Shown here piece by piece: positions 46,583 to 64,000 of a DNA stretch of 64,000 nucleotides. Under the pieces are notes generated by a model. That model was not told the DNA's origin and did not search any database. It was given only the letters and a program-made list of their open reading frames with translations. Where the stretch lies: the NCBI GenBank assembly GCA_963693365.1, contig CAVNZM010000004.1, positions 11,002,468-11,066,467 of the forward strand, in the 5' to 3' direction. The position numbers and the translations under genes were made by a program. The DNA comes from Amoebidium appalachense. Its lineage: Eukaryota > Protista > Ichthyosporea. Positions within the stretch are counted from its first letter, which is position 1; the number at the start of each line of letters is the position of its first letter.

Positions 46583-47248
46583 TTTCCCCCCTCCTCTCTC
46601 ACTCCCCACCACCACCAACACACACAAACACACACTGGCACTTGCGCCTACATGCCCAGAACACACACACGCACACACACACGCATTAACGATGGTTTCC
46701 TCAGGGGCTTGCCGCAAGCATCAAACGGAAGCGCACCACGTCAGAGGCAGAACCAAACGGGAGGCAGCGAAAAATTCAAAAGAAGGAAGTTCCGGTAGAA
46801 GAGGAGGAAGAGGAAGAGGTGGGGAACAAAAAACACGCAGGCAAAGAGAAGAAAACAGAGGAGAAGAAGGAAAAGAAAGATAAAAAGAAAGAGAAAGAGA
46901 AGGAAAAAGAAAAGGAAAAGGAAAAAGAAAAGGACATGAAGAGGAGGAAGGAGAAGGAGAAGGGGAAGGAGAAAGACAAGAAGGAAAAAGAAAAAGACAA
47001 ACCTGAAAAGAATGAAAAGGGGAAGGAAAAGGGCAAAACGGGGGCAGACACACCTAGGCAGGTGCCTGGGGAGGGGTTTTTGGCTGGGCCGGGGGGCAAG
47101 GCTGCTCTTTTGGCTGTGGAGACGATGGGGGCTGATACACTCGAGTCCGAGCTGGCACTGCTGGGCAACGGTAGGTGCTGTGGGTGGGTGAGTGAGTGTG
47201 GGTGTGGGTGTGGGTGTGTTTGTGTGCTCTGTGCCTGCCTTTCTGTGG

Positions 47249-47305
<57 letters not shown>

Positions 47306-50300
47306 GAGTGTGAGTGTGAGTGGGAACATACCCTGACGCGCCTATAGACTTGCTCAGACATGACCGTACTCATGAACTCATGTGGACAGGCACCAGGCAT
47401 AGGCATCAAACAAGCAGGTGCACAAACACGTGAAGAATGTATACAACATATCACCCACCTAACGATATTGTTTAATGTTTAGAAAACATCGGTCACTATG
47501 CATGCCTGCGCGTTGGGCCAGGATGGGCTTGTCATTGAATCTTGGGCCTAAGTCAAGAGTACATATACTGATGTCTAAAGAAATGTGCCTGATGATTCTG
47601 TGTGGGTCGGGCTGGATCCATTTTCCCCTTTTTTTGCCCCTAACATTTGGTTTGTTTTTTATTTGTGGGTGTGTGGAAGGGGCCGGGGGGGGGGGGGGGG
47701 GGGGGGGGGGGGCTGTTACGTAATCAATAGAACACCTATCCATTTTCTTACTTCTTTCCTCCACACATACAAATACACACACACTCACTCACTCACTCAC
47801 TCACTCACACACACACACTCACACACCTGCAGAGCTATCGTCTCCCGATACTTTAAAACCGTTTATAGCCAAGCTGACGCCTGCCGTCACACCCACACCA
47901 ACGGAAAAAACCGGAATTTCCGATTTCTTTTCGGATAGTTCTTCGGATTCGGAGACCGAGGCACCGGTAGCAGAACCGAGCAACGAAGAGGGGAAGGAAG
48001 AAGGGAAACAGAAAAGCGAAAAGAAGAAGAAGAAGGAAAAGAAGAAAAAGTCGAAGAGCAAGCACAAACACAAGGACAAGGACGGGAAGAAGAGGAAGAA
48101 GGACAAGAAAGAAAAGAAGGAAAAGAAAAAGGAGAAACACAAGCACGCACACGACACGGACGCCCCCGCCGGGACCGACCCCGCACAGGTACAAGCGGAA
48201 GGGGGGAAAGGGGGGGAGGAAGAAGAGGGAGAGATTTTGGAAGAGGGAGGGGATGAGGTTCTCGAATCTTCCGTACCTCCTGCACAACAACAACCACTCC
48301 AACCACTCGCACCACAAACACGAACAATTATGACTCCGGCAGAAGCGGCCGCAGCGGAAAAAGAGCGACTTGCGAGGTTGAAAGCGGAAAAGGAAAAAGA
48401 GAAGGCGGAAAAGGAGCGTTCGGCAAGGGAGAGGATAGAGAGAGAGCAAGCTGAGAGGGAGAGGCAGGAACGGGAGAGGCAGGAGAGGGAGAGGGAGAGG
48501 GCACGTAAGGAGCAGGCGGAGAAGGGGAAGGTGAAGAAGGACAAGGTTAGCAAGGTGGGCAAGCTGAGGCGCAAGATGGTGGCTATGAGGGCGGGCACGG
48601 CAGTCTCACACTCACAGGTACGTGGTGTGTGTGGGTGTGTGTGTGGATGGGGGGGGGGGGGGGGGGGGGGGGGGGATGGGCGTGTGGGCGTGTGGGCGTG
48701 GGTGTGTGGGTGTGTGGGTGTGTGTGACTCACAGGTTTATGGATGTTGCTGGGTGGGTTGGTGGGTGCGCTTTTGTGTGCATTTGTGTGTGTGCATGTGT
48801 GGGGTGGGGTGCATTCCTGTCTGTGCGCACACGCTTTGCAGTAGATGGCAGTAGTTGCCAATGAAAGGGTTTTTCGTTTTGTGTTTCCTTTTTATAATCG
48901 GATCATACTGTTTCCGATGCAAAAATTAACCAACCCAACCGCCCAAAAGTTGGGTTTTGGGGGGCAGGAGAAGGGGGAGGGAAATGTGGGGGGGGGGGGG
49001 GGGGGGGGCTGTCAAGAAAAAGGGACAAACGAAAAAAAAGTACCCAGTCCTTGTCGGCTAAGGTAACCCACACTGGCGCAGAACCACTAACACGCTCCTC
49101 CGCTCTCTCTGTACTCCTTTTTTTTCTTTCATTTGACCACCCATGCATCATAACACATTTACACGCACAAACACTCACACACTCACACACTCACATGCAT
49201 GCACACACACGTACACACGTACACGTGCAGATATTCGAGAACCAGCGACGACCCAGTGGTGGGCCCGTCTCAGGCCTGTCCACACTGGCCACGGGTGCCT
49301 CACGTCCACCAGAACCCACAAACACACAGTCGTCGTCACAAAATCTCCGCTCCACCGACAGCGGGGAGGAACGAATCGAAAAACCCAAAGAGAAATCCCC
49401 GAAAAAACCCGCACCCCTACCACCCGCCAACCCATCCGCAGCGCTAAATGCGCTGAGAGGGAGTGGAATGGCACGTGCCGCATCTCCCCCTGCCATCCCG
49501 CCACCGAAATCCAAGCAGAAGGGGCCCATATCATCACGTGACAAACCCCCACCCAGGCCCAGCCTGCCTGGGAGGACCCTTTCCAACCCTACGGGGGACA
49601 GTGGGGGATCAGATACGACCGATGTCAACAGCATGAAGCGGGTTGCCAGCAGCGAGCACGACGCAAAGAAGAAGCCCAAAACCACACAGGACGAGCAAAA
49701 AAACCCCGCACCACCGGTAAAAAACCCCGCCACCGCAAAACCCGTCGGCGACGGGAAGTGCCGGTGTGACGGAGAGCAAACCGGGTGGGGGCAACAATAG
49801 TTTGTTGGGGTTGGGGGGTATTGGGCTGGACAGTACGGACGATTTTACGACGGACATTCTGGGAGAGGAGGATTTGATAGCATCACTGGCACGAAGTTCC
49901 CCCCCACCCGCCCTATCCCACCCAAATTCGACCGCACAGCTACTTGAAACCCCCCTCGGTAAATCTCCGGTGCGGAAAACCACGGCTGCCGAGCACGTGT
50001 GGAGCGTAAATTCGCTGTTTGGCCCGAACCCCACCAAGGACCCCGCCCCAGCCAAGCAGGCGGAGGCACCGAAAATTGCGCTGTCAATCGAACAAATTAC
50101 ACGTACGCTCGTGGACAACACCCCTCCGGCACCTGCCCCCAAGCCTGTGCCTGTACAAAAACCCCCATCTGCCCCTGCTGCAAATCAAGCAGCCACAACA
50201 CTTCAAGCACCCGGGTCAGGCGCCCTGGGTCTTGCACTCCCGAAGCCGGGGGTGGAGAGCACGTTGGGGGGGTTGTATTCAGCGGCAACACAGTTGGGGT

Positions 50301-50489
50301 ATGCACAACAACAGAGCCAGCCGCAGGGGAGTACACAGGCACAACAGCAGCAGTTGCAACTGTTGCAGCAGCAGAAACTTCAACAGCAGTTGTTGCAGCA
50401 GCAGCAACAACAACAACAACAACAACAACAATTACTACAGCAACAGCAACAACAACAACAACAGCAATTGCTACAACAGCAACAGCAGC

Positions 50490-50533
<44 letters not shown>

Positions 50534-52796
50534 CTTGCAGGTTCGGCAGCGGCGGCGGTTCAACCTACGCAACCGCAAATTGGTGGGTCTGTGGCTAGTG
50601 CTCCGCGTGCACAGGCACCAGTACACAGCGCCCTGCAACTTTTGCAACAACAACAAGGCCACGCGGCACAGCAGGGTGGGCAACAGCAAACACCGCAGCA
50701 ATTATTGCAGCAGAAATTGTTGCAGCAACAGAGGGTGCAGCTATTGCAGCAGCAGCAGCAGCAGATTCTTGCTCAACAGCAGCAGCAACAGTTATTGTTG
50801 CAACAACAACAACAACAGCAACAACAACAACAACAACAGCAAGTGTCCACGCAGCAACAACAGCTTTCACAGCAGCAACAACAACAGCAACAACAGCAGA
50901 TTTTGGCGCAACAGCAACAGCAACAACAACAACAACAACAACAACAATTACAACAACAACAACAATTACAGCAACAGCAACAGTTACAACAACAACAGCA
51001 ACAACAACAACAACAACTTCTACTCCAACGTCAGCAACTCCTACAGCAACAGCAGCAGCAACAGGCGGCAGCCCAGCAACAACAACAACAACAACAACTC
51101 CTCTCTCAACACCCCAACACAGCGGCCTACCCTCGCGGCATGCAACCCCCAGGGGTAGTAGCACCTACCAAGACCGTACCCCAACACCCGCCCACATCCG
51201 CCGTCAGCCAACCCAACACCACCACGCCACAGCCTACTGCACAAGCCCCAGGTGGCTACCCTTTCCCCTCTTCGGCCGATCCACAATCCATACCCAAATC
51301 CCACACCGTTCCTGCGGCTACAGGTGGACGTGGGTCTGTTGGTGGTGTGCCCATGGCCCAGCCCCCACCCACCCACCCGACAGCAGGGCCCCGCATCCGG
51401 GGAGTAGGTAGTAACCCCTCCGTTCCTACCCCAGTTGCACCCCCCAGTGGCATAACCGCTGCCGGGGATGCCTCTCGCCTGCCTTTCTCCATGGCGTCTC
51501 AGTTAGGCCCTGCCGCCGCCCCGGATAGTGATGCATCAGACAGGGTGCAACCCCCACGGGGCACCCCTGCCGCTGGTTATTACCCGGGCAGCACACCGTA
51601 TGGGGCCCAACAACAACCACCACACGCACGTGCAGGCCCGCCCGTTGCTGTGCGGCCCCCTGGGTACGGCACGGAGGGTGGACCATCCCCGGCCCAACGC
51701 CACCCCATCAGCCAGGGGGGTTCGTTTGCACCACAGCAACCCCAGCAGAGGGGGCAGGTAGGCCCACCCACACCGGGCTACGCACCCTATGCCCAGCACC
51801 CCTTTGCACATGCACCAGAGAAGAGACAGCCGGCAGAGGTACCCGGCCCGGGCCCAGGGGCGCCACCCGGTCAAGGGCGTGCACAGTACCCCCCTGGGTA
51901 TGGGGGGCCACAGAGGCAGTATGGGGAGTGGCAGAGCCAGATAGCCGGGGCAGACCCGGCAGCCTACCAGCGTCCGGCCCAGGGCCCCCCATCAACGGCA
52001 TCCCCGGCATCTGCGGCAGCATCTGGCCCCCAATACCCCCTCGGATACAAACCCCCCGCACAGGTACCTCCTCGCGAACAGCAGCAACAAGTGGCAGCCG
52101 GCCCACCACGGCCACAGCCAAACGCACCTCCGGGGGCTCAAGCGGGGGCGGGAGCAGGACACCACCAGGGAGAGAATGCATGGGCTGGGATCAGCGGTGG
52201 GGGGAGTAACCGGCAGATCACGGTAGTGATTAAGGGCAACTCGTACTTTGCCCTACTAGCCAATGGGGAGCAGATGGAGGTGATCCAGCTACCGGATGGC
52301 AAGTGGGCCCCCAAGGCACGTGTAGCCCCTGAACCGGCTCAACAACAGCAACAGCCCCCACAAGGGGCACAGCAGTGGTCACGTGACCCCCAGCAGCACC
52401 AGAAACCAACACAGCCCCCACCGGGCCCCGTGCCCAAACCGTTACCCCAACAACAGCAGCCCATGGCTCCTTCCCCGGCCGGCAGTTACCCAGGGAGCCA
52501 AGGGGAGGGATATGGGCAGGCCCAGAGGTATGGGGCACCATACGGGGCACAGCCTAGGCCAGGGGAGGCACCGGGCCCCGGGGGTGGATATCCGGTGAGT
52601 GGGTACCAGCAAAGATGGCCGGAGGGACCACCCGGCGCACAGCAGCAGCCGTATGCTTACCCGGACCAGCAGAGGCAGGTGTGTGTAAGCACATACAAGC
52701 ATGTAGGCGAGCACATGCGATTTTTTTAACTCTATAATTGGTTCCTTGTCATGTTATCTCTTCGTCAAACCCCCCCCCCCCCCCCCCCCCAACACA

Positions 52797-52833
<37 letters not shown>

Positions 52834-53532
52834 CAAACTACAACAAAAAATGACGCACAGAAACATGGCCACTTTTATCAAAGTTTTTAAGGTAATTACC
52901 ACACATGTGTTCCTGTTTGAGACAGAATGTACCTGCGTATACTACACATATTGCTCGGTGGTGATTGGGAACTTCTTTACTTGGTGGGTGTAGGGGCTGA
53001 CACTGACTGATATTTGGGGTGGTGTAGGGCCCAGGGATGATGGCCCCTGTGCAACCCGACCAGGCTAGGCAGGGTAAGTGCAAGCATGTGTGTGCCGATG
53101 AAACCTCGGGAATACACATGCTGCCACTGTGCATGACATTGTACCAGTGTTGACACATGGGCATGCATGTGCTGTTGTGTGGTATCTAGGCCGGGATGCC
53201 GTTTCAGAGGGGCTGTTTTAAGTTTGTACACGCAGAAGGGAACTTTTTGCGTGCACCGTGGCGTGTGGGTGGGTGGGTGTGCGTGCAGTGTGGCGTGTGG
53301 GTGGGTGGGTGGCTGGTTGTGTTTGCGTGTGTGTGTGTGTTTGTGCATGTGCCTGTGCCTGTGCTTGTCTGTTTGTGATTGGGGAGGGGGGGGGGGAGAG
53401 GGGCGGCAGTGCCGAAAACTGAACTTCTGTGTTTGTGCAGAGATGGGCTACCCCCAAGGCTACCCAGCCGGCCAGCCCGGAGGCCCATATATGGGTTATG
53501 ACGACCCGAAGAAGGGCAGGCCCGTAAGATGA
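40228..53532 (+). CDS. ARID4/RBBP1-like chromatin reader: N-terminal hybrid Tudor + chromo-barrel (Tudor-knot), Lys/Glu-rich region, long Q/P/G-rich tail; no ARID domain seen
   Basis: Exons approx. 40228-40317, 41254-41437, 42336-42459, 42700-42768, 43321-43456, 43864-43955, 45213-45336, 46705-47170, 47833-48617, 49231-52678, 53028-53073, 53441-53532. [18 protein letters not shown]...YTLVFNDGD matches the ARID4A/B Tudor pattern (VSAKYRGAFCEAKI...YTVVFDDGD). [31 protein letters not shown] is a chromo-barrel. One apparent +1 frameshift near 49717-49745. Confidence 0.82.
45384..45924. mobile_element. non-autonomous DNA transposon (MITE), Kolobok-like
   Basis: TTAA on both sides (45380-45383, 45925-45928); termini GG...CC; imperfect TIRs GGCGACGCAATGGATGGTTTGCTG vs GGTAACTTGGGGGATGGTTTTCCG; perfect 20-bp internal inverted repeat GAGAGAATGAACGCAGAAAC (45525-45544 / 45761-45780); AT-rich and free of microsatellites. 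Confidence 0.6.
50340..51098 (+). repeat. coding poly-glutamine (CAA/CAG) tracts
   Basis: Directly visible within the large ARID4-like exon. Confidence 0.95.
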
Positions 53533-54502
53533 GACATACATTCACACATGCACATGCACAAGCACACGCACATGCACACGCAAGCACTTCTACATGCTCT
53601 TACATATGCACATTCACACGTTTTTGGTGATGATTTTAAGATCGTTAACACAAGCAAACCTTTTTGTATCACTTCAATGGTCAATAGAGTTTACTGTTAC
53701 TTAAGTCGCTGACTGCGGATCTGCCAGGAAGAACTGGATGTGTATCTGACATAACGATGTATAGTGTCAATATGAAACGAGTAGTGGTATTTTGTTTGTT
53801 TTTTGATGTTCGTAGGTGTATTTTACGCTTATACCTGTTTAATATGATGAGTGTAAGTGCATGTTTGCACGTGTATTTTGACACGGCATGAACATCACGT
53901 AATCTTGTATGCTTTAGGGTCGGCGCAGCGGGCATTCACCGAAAATGTACACCTGACTAATATTAGATATTAGTGTGATATGGCATAGTATCTAGACTTA
54001 TAGTCACGTGTTTATCTGGTGTGCTTCTAAGGTCGGCTATATAATGTTTATCTAGGTTATGATGTGGGTGGGTGTATGCTGGTAACGGTATTATGGGTAT
54101 TTGGCCCAAATATCGAACGTCAACTTGAAGGGAGTAAAGTGCTGTACTGCTAAAGACTCGAGGGACGTCTTATTGGTGTGCTGTATATGCGTGTTTGTGC
54201 CTGTGCGTGCCTGGTGGCTCAGGATATACACGTGTATGCATGAACCTGTCCAGTGTGCATGTGTCTGTGTCTGTGTGTAGAACGATGGTGTGGGGGTTAG
54301 TCTTTGTGTGGTGCATATGTAAGGGCGTGTTTGGCAGCCAAAAATACTCGTATTCGTATGAGGTGTTTATCACTTTGTATTGCTGCGGACATCGTCAGGG
54401 GCCCAGCCTCACTTGACGGCCTACTGCGTTTTCCAGCGCAGCCAATCAAATGCAGCTAGTGACTTATGTACACTGTATGCAATAAAACAACCCTAGTATA
54501 GA

Positions 54503-56099
54503 TTATGGATAAGCAGAAGCTAGCATTGGTAGCTCCGAGAGAAAGTGACACCGTATCACAATATCATACTGTGCATCATTAATAAGGTGACCTAACACGG
54601 TCATTTTATAACGGATATACTGGGGGAGAGAAGTAGAAAAGAGAATAAAGCCGCCCATAACCTCCGGTTCTACATTAGCTAACAGGTCACACTTATTGAT
54701 AGGTATGCATCCGCGAGTAAAGCCCCCCACACGTATATTACACATACGAGCAGAAGACATCAAAAACCGATTACAACGCCAAGACATAATCATTTTTGCA
54801 TATATTTATAATGATACGACACAACATCATGAATAAACGAATCTATATAGGAGCGAGATTGTCTAACCGTATCCGCCATATAGGCTACTAGTAGTTGGTG
54901 TTTTTGCTGACCTAACACTGGGTGGGACTCGACACGTAAAGTAAAAAGGTATCTATCAGGCTTAGACTTAAAACTATTCATAGGTGGCACACTATGGTCC
55001 AGCCGTACCTCCGGTGGAGTCGCCATATATTGCGCGAAAATACGAATACGATGAAAAGACGATATAACTGCGCTGCCAACACGCATACGCCCTAAGTATT
55101 TTGGGTGTTTTGTATTAACAAAACGGTGCTACCTGTTTGTAGGTTGGGTTTCTGTGTATGTACCTGTAACTACCTGCACATTGCATGCATGTGGTGTGTT
55201 TGTGCAATCCCCGGTGCATGCGTGCGTGCGTGCGTACGTACGGAAACTCTTCCGTGCATGACTTCAGTGAAAGAAGGCCTAGGAGCATGTTGTCGTGTGT
55301 AAGGGGGGCTTTCACCCGGTTGCATACGGAGACGCACACACATAGCTCGCCTAGCATGATTTGCATAAGCTGTACGTGTATACTCTGGATATCATGTAAC
55401 ACTATAGACTAAGTATGTCCACATCTACATGTGGATCTGATCAACAGATGCGTATTTACATTGCGGCCTGTATATTTATAAGCTTCCATGTGTGTATACG
55501 TACACGGACAAATTCAAGGTTATGGTGTGTTAACGTTCAGCTGGAGCTGAACCTTGCGTAGCAAACGGAACACACACATGATAAATGATCACTAGCTAGC
55601 TAATCTAGGTGAGATTAACGTGTACTTACTCTAGCTCTATGAGTATGTAGTACTATATTATCGTGTTGGTTATCATTGAAGACACATCAAATCCACGCAG
55701 GCCGGGTGGCCTGTATACATTTATTCCACACCCATATATATACATATGACATGACATAAATACCATGGCCATGGAAGTCTAGGCCATTGATGTGTGTTGC
55801 ATATTTGATGACTGGTTGGGCATCATTGAATTATAAACGAACTACTATCGGGTACATTGTTGATATCGATCGGCATTCGCAGGAATTACAGTATCTTTAC
55901 GTAATGTTTGTACACGACCTGCCCCTTTCACACATCTCGCCACAATCACTAACGCCATAGATATCTTCTGTATGCCAATCTTTCACACATGTAAAACGTT
56001 TTCCATACATGAAGTCTAAGTAAATGTACGGACAGAGCCCATATATCGGCCCTGTGTTGTACCTCCCACAACAAAAACAATGAAATAAACGTGAATCAT
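54503..56099 (-). pseudogene. decayed or recoded multi-exon orphan gene (putative secreted protein), copy 2
   Basis: Hydrophobic leader MIHVYFIVFVVGGTTQG (ATG 56099), short GT-AG introns, blocks LIVARCVKGAGRVQTL, VRL*FNDAQPVIKYATHINGLDFHGH (TAA 55831-55833), VLHDIQ..SCTEEFP, *HRFVNTKHPKYLGRMRVGSAVIS.. (TAG 55129-55131), then ORFs 54790-55086 and 54503-54793 joined by a frameshift at an A run. Confidence 0.45.
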
Positions 56100-56197
56100 T
56101 CTTAAAATCCAACAAACTTCTTTGTGCAGCGATTTGCTGCTGGACAACCTCAGCCGATTTGGGCAGAGTCCCCAAAAAGGATGTGTTTGGCAACTTT

Positions 56198-56365
56198 CCA
56201 TTAAATATGGCATCATCTTCCATAAATGGCTTATCACCTTCCATATATGGACAATCATCCGGAATGATCACCTTTAAGTCCCCAAAACAGGCGTCCTTTG
56301 CATGAACACATCGCACGACCTTCCATATATGTACATGACGTCACCTTCCATATATGTACATGACG

Positions 56366-56382
<17 letters not shown>
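56198..56382. promoter_or_regulatory. cluster of CArG boxes and CRE palindromes, partly in a 25-bp tandem repeat
   Basis: CCATAAATGG 56220-56229; CCATATATGG 56241-56250 and 56373-56382; near-matches CCATATATGT at 56323 and 56348; TGACGTCA at 56336-56343 and 56361-56368; unit ACCTTCCATATATGTACATGACGTC x2.5 from 56318. Confidence 0.5.
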
Positions 56383-63285
<6,903 letters not shown>

Positions 63286-63350
63286 CTGCATACGAGATTA
63301 AGGAGCGAGGGGCGGGCGGGGGGAGGGGAGGGGGGAGGGGGGGGGGGCAG

Positions 63351-63385
<35 letters not shown>

Positions 63386-64000
63386 GGAGCCAAGATACAG
63401 ATGGAAAAGTGAATTTTGTTCGAGGGGGGGGGGGGGGGGGGGGGGGGGGGAGGTGTGCAGCCTCGCATAAAAAGTGGGATGCAAAAGGAGATTGGGACGG
63501 GGGGGGGGGGGGGGGGGGGGGGAGAGTGGGAGGGGGGGGGGGGGGGGGGGGGGAGAGTGGGAGGGGGGGGGGGGGGGGGGGGGGGCAGACGGGTAGAGAC
63601 AGGGCACTAATTTGCCCGTAAAGATGACATCTTCAACCTCTCCGACCACCCCACCTCCTCCGTCTATTCTCCATTTACTGTCCATGTGGTTTTGCGACAC
63701 AAACATTTCCGTGCTCTCCCTCGTCCCTCCCTTACCCCTCCCCACCCCTACTCCCAACTTACAGCTCTGAATGATAACAGACACACACAAACAAAGTCAC
63801 ATCCCCTTCCCTATAACACATACAGGCGCGCATAAATGCACGTGTCTGCCCATCATCTGGTTGGTAGTGGCGAATGTGCGGCATCTGCGTACATGCATCA
63901 ACAAGGGAAGTGGGATGTGTGGGTGGGTGGTTGGGTGGTGATGTTGGGGGAAGAAGTTGGGGGAGGGGGGAGGGGGGGGGGCTTAGCTCAGGGGTACAAT

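Noticed and set aside
49716-49725. Programmed -1 slippery site A AAA AAC
   Set aside because: The downstream long ORF is in the +1 frame, not -1.
54503-56316. Endogenous giant-virus or prokaryote-like operon (ATGA-overlapping ORFs, 139-aa Cys-rich ORF)
   Set aside because: No viral hallmark is recognisable, spliceosomal-type intron signals are present, and the overlap is better explained as a frameshift. Not fully excluded.

Overview
Intron-rich eukaryotic genomic DNA (no prokaryotic features). The animal-type ZnT6 and ARID4-type genes suggest a unicellular holozoan such as an ichthyosporean, but this is inference. Four multi-exon host genes can be spliced together by eye: a mitochondrial presequence protease (PITRM1/PreP, ~32 exons, minus, 3532-25629), a ZnT6/SLC30A6-type cation diffusion facilitator (minus, 27030-36343), an ARID4/RBBP1-like Tudor + chromo-barrel protein with no ARID domain and a very long Q/P-rich tail (plus, 40228-53532), and a 5'-incomplete aldo-keto reductase of the L-galactose/D-arabinose dehydrogenase type (minus, 56366-63285). 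Introns are full of poly-G/poly-C, (GT)n/(CA)n and minisatellites; nearly all ORFs in the supplied track are artefacts of these. The most notable signal is a dispersed, apparently young retroposon-like family with about 10 copies and at least 2 subfamilies. Copies share a fixed 3' end (GCATTCAAA) abutting poly(C), are variably 5'-truncated, sit in poly-G/C tracts, form a head-to-tail dimer, and carry a ~160-nt RNA structure with compensatory base changes. Also present: two decayed, probably paralogous orphan genes with CArG boxes upstream, and a TTAA-flanked Kolobok-like MITE. Exon boundaries were read manually and may be off by a few bases; homopolymer lengths may be assembly-distorted.
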